Part shown: positions 48,000 to 62,814 of the stretch, one piece after another
Layout of the letters: each line of letters begins with the position of its first letter
How positions within the stretch are numbered: position 1 is the first letter of the stretch
Position numbers and translations under genes: made by a program
NCBI GenBank assembly: GCA_030141605.1
Contig: JAQGDQ010000072.1
Location: 1 to 64,000 of the forward strand
DNA length: 64,000 nt
From: Tubiluchus corallicola
Lineage: Eukaryota; Animalia; Priapulida
Reading direction: 5' to 3'
Notes under the pieces: generated by a model
What the model was told of the DNA's origin: nothing
Database searches by the model: none
What the model saw: only the letters and a program-made list of their open reading frames with translations

Positions 48000-50790
48000 T
48001 CAGAGAGCTAGCAATGAGACGCGTGTGCAAAGTCACATGAGAACTCAAATATACAACAAAGACTCTGTTATAACAGACTAAAATTAAACAACGCTAACCA
48101 GGAACCCAAAATTAAACAGTTGGAAGCAGAGTTTACGTTTTCAAAGACTGCCAGATAAGACAACCAATAGATGATACAGCTATTAAGATTGACGTCAACA
48201 GTAAGCCAATACTAACGTTAGTTGATGAAATTGTAAATAAACTAGCGTCTCCATTAACCCACGAGCAAAGTCGTAACTACAAATACAGCAATAGTTCTAC
48301 ACAAAGTAGGTTCTTTCAAAAACTATTAAGTGTAACACGACGTAATCCTTGCAAGCAAGCACTTGTAATATACCAAATGTTTCATATTAAATACCTATGT
48401 ACAGACAAATAATTCAAGTTTTTTAATATCTACTAAGCATATGCTGGTCCTAATCGGCTGCATCGAAACCAACCCCGAACCACTTAGCAATATTGATGAT
48501 AACATAAAAAACTATTCTAGGTACATACTCTAGACACTTAAAATTGTTACATCTTAATATAAGGAAATTAGTAATAATCATATTAACTTAGAAGATATCA
48601 CTTGGGAAATAGAAAATACTGTAATAGCAGTTAGCTAATGCTGGCTAAATCAATTGCAACACAATCAGTTGCCCTAAAAGGTTATAGACCTTTCAGGCAA
48701 GATGGAGAAAAAATTAAAGATGGGGTTGCCTTTATGTCCCACTGCATTGTAATTACTCTGAAATAAAAAGAATAAAGACGAACAAAATAGAAACATTATG
48801 GCTCGACGTCGTGAACTACGTAATTTGCGTAGCATATAAACTTGCAAAAATAGAATCCTTGTGCTTTTTAAATGTTCTAGACGAAGTATTAGCAAGAGCT
48901 AGCGATGTAAAAACATATTATAGTGAATGGAGACATTTATACTGACGCACCTTAAACTTCTTCCTCAAGTTACATTCAATATAGAGAGATTATAAGATTC
49001 AGTATAAATAAACATAATCTAGAATTACTAAATGAAAACAAAGCGACAAGAATGACTAAAACTACATCTTCCTTAATAGACCATATACTAATGAAAACCA
49101 TTTTATTGTGCAGAAATTCATTCCAAGCCACTGCATTAGCTATATAAATATTAACCCCCAAATCAAAAGCCCAAGTAAAATGGATACACAGCCGAGATAC
49201 TGAAAACACGACTAAAGATATTCTTAAGTGATTTAAACACAATGCCATGGTATCCAACATACGAAACTACAAATATCGAATAGAATATAGAAATATTATT
49301 ATATAACCTCAAATACTGCTTAAATATGCATACGCCAATACAAAAAAGTAAACGAAAGAATACTAACAAAAATAAACTACAAATTCGGAATGGTGGATGT
49401 GATGGTCCCCCATCTAGCAGATTACTGCTACTAATTATTTTTCACTTTAAGTATTAACCTAAACGGTATCACGAATTGTTTACCTAATGACTGAGAATAT
49501 TGATGTATTGATTTAATGTTCCAAGCTTGTGTTGCCACCTTTAGTCAAGAGTAGCATTAGTTACTTATTAAATGAAGCCATTTTCTGTTAAGCTACCTTA
49601 AATATGTAATTAGGCAGAAGAAGATGAAATTCGTTTCGTCTCAACATGACTTTTATTTTTCAAAAAAAATATGTTTAGCAACAATTTTTTTCCACGACAA
49701 TATTATGTCCAAGTTTGAACAAATGTGAAAGCTTCGTCGCTGTACTATTGAAGTGACTTCATCCAGAACCCGTTTCTGATTGGTCGGCTAGCTTTCGAGG
49801 CCTGGATATTAGTCGTATTGGCCTACGTAGCAGGTGTTGAAAACAGGTTGGATATAACTAAATCATGGTTTCTTTCATACGATGATTGAATGAAAAATGG
49901 ATGGTTGTTCATTACTATGTTCTTGTTATTCGTTGGTGAACGATGTTCTTCTTTTGCTGGTGAAACCTCGTCAGTTACACAATTGCTGAGAGACATTTGT
50001 TAAATTAGGCATTCATTACACAGCCTAATTACCTTTACGTTGGATGAAAATACTGTCACCTGTGACTTCACGTTCGATGGTTTAAATCGCTGACGTTCTG
50101 CGTGGGAACCCGGAGGAGATGATCTTCTTATTATCCGATCTCAAGAGATCCTATTCTGTGTCCTGCCAGGTTGATGGAAAGCTGTGGAGACTTCCTAGAA
50201 AAGGCTACCTGCTGCCCACGAAGCAGACTGAAAGAGACGCTAACTTAGCCAACTTCCACTGGAGACCGAATTCTGCTGCATTACTACAACGTGCGTGAGG
50301 AAGGACCGGTCCTACCCAAGTACTGGAGAAGACCTCGCCTTGGTAAACTACTATTTTGTTAATGTTGTTTGCTGAAAGACTGTTTTTGTAATGTCCTGTA
50401 CAATGTTTGCTCTGTAAATTGAAATAATAATCCTGACACTTATCTATAAAAGCAAAAATAATTTGCAAACGTGTTTTGTTGTCACAGGATGTTACAGTGG
50501 ACAACAGAATTAACTGAGCTACAAGAAGGAAAAAAATAAGTACAAATGCTTTCTAGCCACAAAAAATCCAACTGATCATAGGAAATTCAAAAAAGCTATA
50601 AATAAGTTTGATACCAAAAAACTCTAACCTATAAACAGTTATTACAAAGACAAATGTCTTAATGCAAAAACATCTAAACAAAAGTGGCAAATAATAAATG
50701 ATATCTTAAACAGAACAAAGAACAAATCACTTTTAATCTAATATAAAAATAATAACAACAATATTTATTATGATATAACTGCTTTAACAA
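48000..50790 (+). mobile_element. Decayed LINE related to 54250-59930, split by a solo LTR
   Basis: LIGCIETNP, TRMTKTTSSLIDHI and KDKCLNAKTSKQKWQIINDIL, paralleling 57070-57850. Confidence 0.72.
49398..50496. mobile_element. Solo LTR, 1099 bp
   Basis: TGTGAT...GTTACA termini and a 5-bp TSD (GTGGA); removing it restores the LINE frame (WWTTEL). Confidence 0.82.
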
Positions 50791-51199
50791 ACACAAATTC
50801 AGTTGCTATTAATAATGCAGTAACAATTGCTTCTTCTTCTGTTGTTCTAAACATCCGTTGTAGACATTGAACCTTCATCTCGTATTACAGTATTACAGTA
50901 TTACCGTATTAAAGTACTCCTGTGATTCCTGTCTGCAGCTAAAGTTTTCAACGCCTTTTGATCTCGCCCTGTTGTAAATCTTTGATTGATATCCAAGATC
51001 AATTGATTTGTTGGTTTTTTTTGGAAGACATTTAGCAGGTTTTGGTGCCTCATTCAATGCCAATTTTACTGGTGTTGTTGTTACTGGCGCTTTAATGTGC
51101 CACTCACTTGAAATTATATGTACGATCATTTTATTTTTAAAACTTTCTAATTAGACCTCTGTGAAATAGCAATAATTGCGCTGGTCTTAATATTACACA

Positions 51200-52370
51200 T
51201 TTCATCGCAAACTTATTTTACTGTGCTCAACACGAACAAGAGCTAAAGAATAATGCGTAACCAGTGGAGTATGAGGACCCAATGCTAATAGTTCAGTCTT
51301 GCATTTCGCTAAGTTATTGATTATTTTGAAAAGAAGACATAGGCGATAATAATGGAGCGCGTCACTTATTGGTGAAGCCGCTATCAGACAAGATACTTGC
51401 AAGGGAAGATCGAAACATAGCGCCAGAACAGATTCTAGCAGCAGTTAGCTGAATATTTTCTAATAAACGTATACTGTTTTCACTGCATCCTGACCATACT
51501 ACGTTACTATATTCAATGGCAGGGAGAATAGTCGTAATGAATAATTCCCGCGTAGCTCTGGAGATATTAACTGACATGCGTCGAAAGTTGTTTAGCTTTA
51601 AATTTGCTTTGTCTACCATTTTTGAGACGTGATAGTTCCATTCAGATCAGATGTAAGATGGATGCCTAAGTGTTTGTGACCATTTACTGTTTTCAGTGGA
51701 GTATTAGATAAATACAGAGTAGGATATTGAGGAACATTGGATTTATGGGAGAAAAGCATGACTTCGGTCTTATTTGTATTAAATTTAACCAACCAATATT
51801 TCGCCCAGTTTCAATTTTTCTGAGATCTATGTTGATGTATGTGGATCATCCTTACACGAATCTATTAAAACCGTATCATCTGCAAAAAGGCGCATGTTAG
51901 ATTGATTGAATGTCTTCTGTAATATCATACGTTAAAAATAGAAGGGGACCTAAGATAGAACCTTGGGGGACGCCAGATAAAAGTGACTTCGCATCAGCTG
52001 TATTACCGTTTAGCGTTACTCTTTGTGATCGGTTTCGAAGGTACGATGACAGCCAAGACAGAAGTTGGCCACTTACTCCATACTGCTTTAATTTGAATAT
52101 CAAGCCTACATGCCCCACCTTATCAAAAGCTTTACTGATGTCCAGAAAAACGCTACAGATTTCATCACCGTCGTCTAAACTTGTATACAAATTGTGAACG
52201 ATTGAAACTAGCTGGTTGATGGTGCTATCGTTTGATTTAAACCCCGAGTTCTTTTCCGTCAAAAAGTTATTATCAATAGCAAAGGAGTTATACATCTGAT
52301 TAAAAACAACGCGTTCTAGAATCTTAAACATACATGAAAGTAGCGCCACGGGTCTGTTATTACAGGTTAT
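51200..52370 (-). mobile_element. CR1-like LINE RT fragment
   Basis: Motifs RPVALLS..KILE, FLDISKAFDKV, GVPQGSILGPLLF, FADDT, HKHLG and LPAIEYSNVVW. Confidence 0.9.
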
Positions 52371-53019
52371 TACGTGCCATAATCGTTCTTGTTCTGTCAT
52401 TTGAACTAACAGCATGCCAATCACAAAATTACAGCAAAAATATGTGTGTAAATTTCTACCGAAATGGCGTTCCCCTCTTGTAAGCTTTCATTATATCAGC
52501 TGCTTGGTTAATCAAATCTTCTAACTCTGCATCTGAAACAAAATAAATAAGTAAACACATATAAATAACAAATGAATGATTACAAAAACAAATCTACATT
52601 TACTACACTTTAGCGATTTCAAGTAAAAGGGTGGGGTGATTTCATTATAAGCAATTTTTGAAGCGTCTTGCATAGCTGAGTGGTCATATCATTGTACTTT
52701 GCAAGGCTGAAGTTACCTATGGCCACATCTACTCTGGGAGGTTTCATTGGACATACTGATGCTGGTTGTTTATTTCGTAGGTCAAGAATGCCGGAACTGG
52801 CTAAGAAACCTCTGCCGGTTCAGCGGTTTATCTTGAAGACATAATCTTGATAATGGAAGATTAGTCAGAACAAGAAAGATGATGAGTCAGACTCCGTTCA
52901 GCCACGAACATCCAAATTAAGTGCGATTTCAACGTGCACTGTTGCGAATTGTATAAAAAACAGACCACTATGATGATACAAAACCACAGCTAATTGAACT
53001 TTGAAACCAAACTTTATAA

Positions 53020-53770
53020 AACAGGAATTGTGAAAAAGATAGAACGTAGCCTGGATTTGAACAATGGACGGTCATTGTCGTATAGCCCTAAAAGACCTGA
53101 AGTGGTACAGGCACAGAGGTCCAAGCAACGTGTTCGACATTTAAGTGGTTGAGGAGACGTGGTGGTCGTTACAACGAGTTGGCTGGCTTTGTTTGATGCG
53201 GACGTGGTAGGGAACCGGGAAAACTCCATGATGGTTGACATAGCACGCATTGGATATCAGACGATTTGACGGATGGAGCTGGATGTGGTGATGGTCCATG
53301 GTAGAGGCGCCCAACGAGCTTAACTAAGTTGAGTATTTTGACCGGTCTCTTAACTCTTGTGTAATTGAGCAGTGCCGTTTATTCTGGACAATACATTTGT
53401 TATTATTATTAGCAAATAAGATATTGTTTTTTCTTTCATTGTTTTTTGTTTTCGTTGTTTGTTCTTCCAAATACTTACAAAAGATTTGATTTAGAAGCGT
53501 TGTTGCAAACATTCGCCGTTTAGAAGTTTTCACGCACCGAACCCATTTGCTTAGGCCAACATTGTTGAACGGATATTCGACAGGTGTGAACTGAGCTTTA
53601 TTTTTTAACTGAGATTTAGCGAGATTAATCCTGACATATTTTCCAAATAATATTCACACCGTCATACGAGCTAGTCATATCCTTTAATTGATCTACTTCA
53701 GTGTGTTTCGAGAAATAATCCATTGTAACAATATAGTGCTTGTTCTCCCATTCAAACAATATAGACCTTT
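53020..53770 (-). mobile_element. Decayed Gypsy integrase fragment of a different family
   Basis: LFEWENKHYIVTMDYFSKHTEV; the remainder is heavily degraded. Confidence 0.55.
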
Positions 53771-55619
53771 TTAAGGGACATTTAATTGCTATGCACATTT
53801 TATATGTGTAGGAAATAAACTGATCTATACTGCCAATGTGTTTCAAGTCATATTTAAATTATTTTCTGTTTTAACTGAAAAATTTTCGAACTGTTAATTT
53901 TAATCATAATTTATTTTAATTTTTCTAACGTACACCACTGTAACTTGTAATTTTAAAATAGTCTCTTAACTTTGTATCCATGCAAAAGAATAAATTTCTC
54001 TCTATCTATCTATCCATCTATCTATTTATCTACCTATCTAACAAGTACCTGGGGGAGAATTTCCTTAGTTTTTGTTAGTTCAGGAAACTTTTCTTGCCTG
54101 CCTTGTTGCTTAGGGTACAGTCCTTGCACCTTTCTAATGTACTCTGTTAGACACAGTATGGCACTAACTCTACCTGGGAAAATCGGTGTCTTAATACACA
54201 GTACCACGTACCACGAGACTCTCTTAATCAGCCTAACCTAGGAATACACAGCTAGCCCACTGTTATAAAGCAACTATTAAACTATATTGGTTTTACATAA
54301 TTTGGAACAATAAGTGATCTGCAGAAAAATTAAGCGAAATTTTCCATCAGCAATTAAAAACGAACTGCAAAATGACTATATTGATATTAGTGAAATGAGC
54401 ATTTGATATTAAAATAATGAGTAAAGCAATTAAAGACGGTTACCGCTTTTCACTACACGCAAAAGAAAAAGCAGACAGACCAGCTTCTGAAACAATGAAT
54501 GTGACAGTGAATGCAAAGAACGTGTGTAATGATGAACCAAGTAACGTAAACACAAACGCAGTTGCCTCCACATCAAACAATAATATAACAGGGTGTTAGC
54601 TTAGTGACACGAAACTGATTGCAGAACACCAAAACCGACAATGCGGGCGGAAAAACCAAAGCCGCGAACGTGCAAAAAATTAACACATCAACTGAAACAT
54701 TAATCTTGGGTGATTCCCGAACCGCTTACTTGAATCCTCAAGAAATAGCCAAAAATTCTACAGGTGCATTTCTATAGAGGGATAAACCTGAACGAAATGA
54801 CAGCCTTCGTACCAGACCAATACCCTGAGAAGAAATTAGAAAACGTTATCATAACGTGTGGAATCAATGACGTAAAACAACATATTTAACAGAATCGAGA
54901 AAACGTTTAGAACGCTCACCTAGACGAAATACTCAAGTCAATAACAAGACAAATGGAACAATGCATTGTAAGTGTAAAAAATAAGTTTAACCCTTGTAAT
55001 GTTTTCGTGTGCAATATCCCATTTGTAAAGACAAACAAACATCCAACTGCTAAACCCATGAATATAAGTTCGGTGAACAGAGTGTTACGATTATTTAACA
55101 GTGAACTCGAAACTCTAACCACTAAAACTAATACAATTTTGGCAATTTGCAATGTCATTTTGAAGATGATAATTTAATTGCGAGAGACGGATTACACCTG
55201 AGTAGATTAGGTGTACAAAAGTTGCGAGAATGCATTAAACTATGTTTGTTTAATGACCCAAATCGATGGTATAGGGTTAAGACTAATCAAAACAAAGATA
55301 CAGTTACTCGTGGCTTTACACAAAGTCAATATAATTATAAACCAGCTAGTTACGCAAATGTAGTTAAAAGATTACCATTATTAGCAACTTCTGTAAATTA
55401 TTCAAATGACTCTGATAAAGCTTCAGCTGGTACTAAGCCCATTCAAAAAAAGCATTAAAATCAAAAATTGAAAATCTGTTTACCGGATTAGTAAAAGAAT
55501 TCATTTCTAAGTTTGTATAAAATTGAAAAACAATTAGACAGCTTATTTAAAACGACACGAATGAACTAAACTGTAAATAACTGTAATAAGCGTGATATAT
55601 TATATATGTATATTTTAAT

Positions 55620-56723
55620 TCGGAGTCTATTTACACACACGAAGCGACGGCAGCCTGTTCAACCTCTCTCGTCTCCGAGCAAAGTCACGGGTTCGCAAAG
55701 TTCTCATTCGCGAAATGCTGTTTGCAGATGATGCCGCACTGACAGCTCACACTGAAGCCGGCCTCCAAGGCCTTATTGACAACTTTGCCCATGCCTGCAG
55801 TGAGTTTGGCCTCACAATCAGCATCCAAAAGGCCAAGGTTTTAGGCCAAAATGTTTCCCCAGCCCCTCACATCTCCATCGATGACTGCTGCCTTGACGTG
55901 GTGGAAGATATCACCTATCTTGGTTCTGTTATTTCCAGCAATCTTAGCTTGGCCAGAGAACTGAACTCCAGAATAGGCAAGGCCTCATCAACGATGGCTC
56001 GCTTAACAAAGAGGGTGTGGGAAAACAACATGCTGACTATCAGGACAAAGTCCCAGGTGTACCAAGCCTGTGTACTGAGCACACTGTTGTACGGGAGCGA
56101 GAGTTGTACTCTGTATAGCCATCAAGAACGCAGGCTCAATTCTTTCCACCAACGCTGCCTCAGAAGAATCCTGGGCATCTCATGGCAGCAGCACATAACC
56201 AACAAGGATGTGCTAGCAAGAGCTGGAATCCCTAGCATGTATGCCATACTCACCAACAGACGTCTGCGCTGGCTAGGCCATGTTTCCCGCATGCAGGACG
56301 GCAGATTGCCCAAGAACATTCTGTACGGTGAGCTTGCTACTGGCTCCCGACCCACCGGGAGGCCACTGCTCCGCTACAAAGATGTATGTAAACGGGACCT
56401 CAAGGCAGGCGGCATTACACCAGCAAATTACGAGGCGCTTGCGGCAGATCGAAGCAACTGGAAATCTGCTGTTAGGACAGCCATAAACAGAGCGGAGAAA
56501 ACGAGGGAGAAAAAACAAGAGGATAAAAGGACTCGCAGGCATCAGAAAGATGCCCTACCTCATCCGGATGAAACAGCCTTCAAATGTGTAACCTGCAGCC
56601 GGAACTGCCGCTCAAGGATTGGACTGTTCAGTCACAGTCGACGCTGCAGGTCCATCAATTTGATTAATAACTGACTCTCTTGGCGCACAATCCATTGTCT
56701 TTCGAGACAGAAGGATGCCAACA
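55620..56723 (+). mobile_element. 5'-truncated RTE-clade LINE, recent insertion
   Basis: 10-bp TSD ATATTTTAAT (55610-55619, 56724-56733) and an uninterrupted ORF. Confidence 0.93.
55715..56674 (+). CDS. RTE ORF C-terminal part (RT end plus C-terminal zinc finger), truncated
   Basis: Motifs LFADD, YLGS, LLYGSE, RLRWLGHVSRM, GRP..RYKD and CVTCSRNCRSRIGLFSHSRRC. Confidence 0.85.
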   Translation: MLFADDAALTAHTEAGLQGLIDNFAHACSEFGLTISIQKAKVLGQNVSPAPHISIDDCCLDVVEDITYLGSVISSNLSLARELNSRIGKASSTMARLTKRVWENNMLTIRTKSQVYQACVLSTLLYGSESCTLYSHQERRLNSFHQRCLRRILGISWQQHITNKDVLARAGIPSMYAILTNRRLRWLGHVSRMQDGRLPKNILYGELATGSRPTGRPLLRYKDVCKRDLKAGGITPANYEALAADRSNWKSAVRTAINRAEKTREKKQEDKRTRRHQKDALPHPDETAFKCVTCSRNCRSRIGLFSHSRRCRSINLINN

Positions 56724-59700
56724 ATATTTTAATCATGAATTTTAAACGAAAAATTTAAGTTCTACTCAAAATAAACGCATATTGTGTAAAGAATGTACAA
56801 ACTCAAGACAGATGTGTCCAGTGCCAATCTCTGGCACATTGAAAGGTGTATGCACGTCTTGTTGCGTTATAATATCTCAAAATCGGATCGAAAATAACTC
56901 GTGCGTAAATTTTTGCTATTCTGCTTCTATTTTATAGTATTCATCTGTGATAAGTGCACACTTTCAGATACTAGAGATTTATACAAGTTTCAGTACTCCC
57001 CTACTTTATTAAACTATATTAAAAATAATTGTAACCATGATTATTTTCTAACAGTACTAAAAATGTTGCTTATAATTGGTTGTACTGAAACTAATCCAGG
57101 TCCCTTAAATCAAACCCCCACGCAAAACCACATTGATCTAGAGCTGGCAGATTTTATACAGAAACATAAAAAGAATTTGAAATTTGTATGTATCAATATA
57201 CGAAGTCTGACAAAAAAACATGCATTGCTTAAAGACACAGTTCGTTCATAACGTGGTGGAGGGGTTGCAATGTACATCCCAAAACACATGTCATTTAACG
57301 AAGGTAAAGGAATCAAAACTAACAAAATAGAATCAATTTGGTGTAATATCGAAAACTACAGTGTAGGTGTCATTTATAAGCCACCAAATCAAAAATATAA
57401 AACTTTTCTAAAACATTTTGAAATTGAACTTGAACGTGTTGTACTTGAAAATCAACTAGTTTAGTTAATGGTAGATTTTAATATCGATATTAATGCAACA
57501 AATACTGCTCAGTACAAAAAGTATAAAGACGTCTTAGTTCAATATATAACTCGCAAATACTAAACGCAAGTAATAAACCCACAAGAATCACTAAACCAAT
57601 CTAATGCAAAATCTGCTTGCCCTTGGACGGATACAGAACTCGCAAGACTAAGACACAATAAAAATGAATTATATAGAACATATTTATATTTAAAAGGTAA
57701 AAGCAATTACAATAATTACAAAAAGGCGCAAAATAAATTTAATAACTAGAATAGGAAACTCAAAAATAAATATTATACTAATAAATGCAATGATGCAACT
57801 ACATCTAAACAAAAACGGCGTTTAATCAATGACGTACTTAACAGATAGAGAAAAGATCAATTATAAATAAACAGTTTACGAGAAAATGACAGTATGATAT
57901 CTGATCCAGTTGACATTGCTAACAAATTAAATTCCACATTTATCAATCTCGGAAAATTTGACAACTTGCCACGCCAACATAATGCAGATATACACAATAT
58001 ATACAACAACCAATCAGTAACACAAACACAATCCACTTTCTCATTTACTAGCGTCACCAAATACGACATCTTTAGAATATTAAACAGTTTAAATATAAAT
58101 AAAGGAAGTGGACCGTCAGACATGCCAATAAAAATCTTAAAAGACTGTGCCAGGACTATTACTCCTCATCTAACATATATGACAAACCAAGACTTAATGC
58201 GCTCAGAATTTCCAGCAGTGTGTAGACAAGCAAACATAACACCAATACACAAGAAAGATGCTAAAGATGACGCTAAAAACTGAAGACCAATTTCAGTAGA
58301 GCATGTACACGCAAAGTATTTGAAAGAGCTATCTACAACCGAATAAACCATTACATTGAAAACAATAAGTTACTGTCAAATCATCAATTCGGTTTTAGAA
58401 AACTACATTCTACAATAGACGCAATAATTGATGCCACTGAAAAGTGGCGTTACAACTTAAATAAAAATAAATATATAACAGCAGCATTTTTAGATCTAAG
58501 TAAAGCTTTTGACAGCCTCGATCACAATTTACTACTAGACAGCTTCTGCCAACTAGGATTCCATTATACTTATCTCAAACTAATTAATAATTACATACAC
58601 AATAGAAAACAAAGAGTCAAGCTGAACAAAAACACTTTTTCAACATGGGACACACCACAGAGAGGCATCCCACAAGGTACGATATTAGGTCCTTTACTCT
58701 TTTGTTTATATGTTAATAAAATTCATTTAGTTCTACATAATTTAAACTTAACATAATATCAGAGCAGATGATACAACTATCTATACAGCTCAAGCAGACT
58801 TTCTAACATCGGAAAATAATCTAGAAAAAGACATAACAAATATAAATGCAGCATTTAACTATTTTGGTTTAAAAATGAATGATGATAAGACAGAATTTAT
58901 GGTAATATCACCCAAAGCAAATGACATTACATTTTCCAATGCAACACTAAAAGTAGGTGACTGTTCCATAGAACAAGCAAAAATGTAAAATTTTTAGGCA
59001 TTACTGTCGATAATAAACTCACTTGGGATGAACAGTTTCATCAAATACACAACAAGATGGCATTAAGCACGGCATTCTTCCGCCAAGCCAGAGGCCATTT
59101 AACCAAGAAAACAAAAATTCTCATCTACAAAAATCTAATATTACCACATTATCTGTATGGTTGCACTTTACTTCAAACGTTAAAAATAAAAACTTTAGAA
59201 AGCTAAATACAATAACTACGCGCTTAGATTAATTCATGGCTACTCTAACAAAAAGACCAAACAACATGCTGCTTCTGCAACAAGCTTAGGATCTTATTAT
59301 ACCACAAAAATGCCAATATTAGAAGCCTATCGAGATTACAAAATACTGATATTTCCTTATAAATATATCAATAAACTGAGCATTCCGTTTATAAACAATC
59401 CTTTATCATTCATTCCTGATACCACTTTAAACAATAGAACACACAATTTAAAGCAAATTACAGTAAACAATAAATTTGGAAATAACTCTATACCAAAACA
59501 CCAAAACAAGTCATACATTTATGGAAGTTACTACCCAGTAAAATAAAAACTCTCTCTGTATCTCTCCACCACTTTAAAAAGAAATTAAAAGACTATCAAT
59601 ATAACAGGTTTCAATTTGCAGATTATGCATCTGATACTAATACACAGACTCAACTTTTATCTATCGCCGCCCCTGACTCCATAAAACGATTAAGAATGTA

Positions 59701-60759
59701 AAATTTTAAAAAAATTATGTAATGTAATACGTGTTATGTTAGTTTTTTAATGTCAAATGTATAAATAGTGTAAATGTAATGAGTGAAATTTATGTGATGT
59801 AAAGCATGTTTCTGTTAATTGTGTCATGTCACATGTATATATTGTGTAAAATATGTCATGTAAAATTTAATGTACTTTTGTAATATGGTGTTTCTAAATA
59901 TGTCTATTTATTGTATATAATTTTTTCACGGCTCAAAGCAGATGTGATACAACTTGTGCGACATTATATATAAAACAAACTCCATTGCTTTATGTAGGAT
60001 TCACATAGTTGAAACTGTGTGAAATTACAAATGCTCTTAGCCCATCCACTGATGATTATTAATGCACGAACATTTTACATAGTCTTTACAAACTATTATT
60101 TTAACCATGTTAAAGTGGCGTTTACCTGGCACCAGGATTGCGTTATGCATTATCCACCTGCAGAACATGTATATAGCCACAAAAAAAACCATAACGCAGG
60201 TATGATAAATGGGTGCATTGAAGACAATATAAACCGATTTTATCTATTCCGCATCTGCATAACGCGTACGCATTCCGGATGCCAGGCAAACGCCACTCTA
60301 CTCCTTACAGCAATAACAGCCAGCAGCTTTCATTGAAGCAACATTATAAGACAGAATACAATGCAATGCGTCAGCAGTTTTTCAAGTGAGAATTTTCCAA
60401 AAATGGGAAAAACACGCAAAAGGGCCATTTTTGGAAGTTCTTGACCCCCCCCGTTCCTCGATAATAGCGACGACATGTTCAGTAACACTGTAATATACAC
60501 CAAAAACAAAAATATCAATACCTTGCTAATACATATGAAGTTGTTGATATGATGTTATGCAATGATATGAAAAACAACCAAGCCAAGGTGCCGTATTCTC
60601 GCATAAACCTCTACCTCATACCCTATATGCATAAAAAGCTCATGGTATTTAACATAATATAATTAAATTTTGTCTGTTTTTCAATTTTTGCCAGCTTCAG
60701 CCTTGGTGCTCTAAGCACGTGCTTAGTTTGCTTATAAGTTAATCCAGCCCAGCATCAAA

Positions 60760-61370
60760 CGGAGCCGTGCGCTGAACAGTATTTTTCCTATACTGCAGTA
60801 GATCTAATAAGGACGACGGTGCCTTTCCATTAAGCGCTTTAAAAGTAATTAGCAAAATCTTAAATTTGATTCTCTGTTCTATAGCCAGTGTAGTTCATAC
60901 AAAACTGGGGTAATGTGATCTATTTTTAGCACGACAAGTAATACGAGCAGCATAGTTTTGATCTAGTTCTAATTTTTGAATTGTTGTTTGTGGAAGACCG
61001 AAAGGCAAACTACTGCAATAATCGAGTTTTTATGTTACAAATGCGTGAACTAGTTTTTCACCAGTATTTTTATCCAAGAGGTGACGTATGCGGCCTATTT
61101 CCCCATAGCAAAGGACGCAGACTTACATATGTTTTTAACATGAGCTTTCATTTCCATTTTTTCATCAAAAAATGCGCCAACGCTTCGTACAGAAGTGCTA
61201 GCTGAAACGTCGCTGTTGCCGTTTCAGAGACAAATGACAATATCAGATTTTGATTGTGTAAAATATACGATTTCAGTCTTGCCGCTATTAAGGACAAATT
61301 TGTTGCATAGCATCCAAGTTTTAATATTAGCTACACATTCTAGAGTTTGAATTTTTGACTCTTATTTCAT
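60760..61370 (-). mobile_element. Decayed L2-like LINE 3' fragment
   Basis: LNSGKTE, DYCN-like and HITPVLYELHWL-like remnants in shifting frames. Confidence 0.6.
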
Positions 61371-61516
61371 TTCGCTTTGGAGTTATATACCGTCAAATTT
61401 AGCACAGGCACCATCGAGTGTGTGGTTTTGTGCAGGAATTTGGCAACCTCCTTCCACTTCTGCTGGCGCAAAAGTAAAAGTGCTATAGATTTCTCCGATG
61501 CACCTTATACCTCCGA

Positions 61517-62023
61517 TGTGTCGGGTTAGGTCTCTACACGCCCTGCTTCCACGTCAGCAGCGACTCACCCATTTCTTGTAGGTCCAGACGTCTTGTTTGG
61601 GCCTACACGTGGTGTGAGAAGCCAGCTGACCTGGAATACCAGTATAAAAGCGCGTAGAGGTCACTACAGCGTGGATTTCTGACACAGGTGCTCCTCGGGC
61701 GTAGTGCTGTTACTGAGTTAGTTACTTATTTTCTTGTGCGTGTGTATTTTGTTCCCTATTTTTATTATTGCTGATAATGAACTCCGTACAGTGTAATTTT
61801 TGTGTATTTTGTTTTATGAGAGATAAATGATATGCTATAACAGGTATATGGTATTAGTTTACAGATACTAACTTAGTTAATTAGCGTAACATTTGTGATT
61901 AAAATTAACGTTTGTATTTAAGTAATCAGTTACACTACGATAGTAAAATGGATCTTCATGATGCGCAATATCAAGACCGTCATGCCATTTTGGAGTTTGA
62001 CCGCCTGAGTCGAATTCAGTCCA
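61517..62023 (+). mobile_element. 5'-clipped solo LTR of the 25438-33659 Gypsy family
   Basis: Aligns with 25453-25948 and ends gaattcagtcca; no PBS follows. Confidence 0.95.
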
Positions 62024-62814
62024 GTATCTTCTCCTGAAATAACTTTTCAAAAACACACTAACTTTTATTGTCAAAGCTTATATATATTGCTCGGAAAAAT
62101 ATTTACGACCTAAGTGTTTGATATGTTTTTATGAGTTTTTTCTTTGGCGTGAATAACGTCCGTAACCTGTAGCAGAATTTAGTGGCAATCAACTGAAGAG
62201 CAGTGATATAACCTGACGGAATTGTCAACAAGGATGTCCAAACTAAGTAGTATCAATTCCTTTTGGAATTCTTCTTTCAAACTGCAGCAGCGATGATTTT
62301 CGTTTACCATTTGCATAAAGCTGTTCCCAGTACCCTTCAGGTGAGCTAATGAAAAGACTTATAATAGGCGCATTATACGGTTAAATTGTATTCATTTCCT
62401 TAGGGAAGACGTGAAGGTGTATTTAACTGTGTGGTTTATGTAATCTGACAATGTACATCCATTAGAAGTTATCTCCCCACGGGCAGACGCGACGAATTGA
62501 GGCATTGAAAATAAAAGTATAACTGTGATGATGAAATGCTCAATATAGACCTAATCACGAATTTCAGTAAGGAATAATACTACGTGGAAGGGAAGAGCTG
62601 CGTTTAGTAATGCATTTAATATGTGTCAACGAACGTATTACGTTTAAATAGACGCATGCTGTGCGCATTTTGCGAGCCCATGAAATTTCTGAGTGCTAAA
62701 TTAAAGTTAAGCAACGGTGCAAAAACCCAGGTTAAGAACCAAGATAAGTGAAAACTTAATTCGTTTCAAGATTGCAAACAACTAGCCAAACGCCGTAAAA
62801 AGAATTTTGCACAT

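Larger units (their letters stand above)
54250..59930 (+). mobile_element. Near full-length decayed CR1/L2-group LINE with SGNH-esterase ORF1 and APE-RT ORF2
   Basis: ORF1 motifs LILGDS, CGINDV and RDGLHL. ORF2 motifs ETNPGP, GGGVAMY, YKPP, QFGFRK, FLDLSKAFDS, GIPQGTILGPLLF, ADDT and FLGI. AT-rich 3' tail. Confidence 0.88.
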
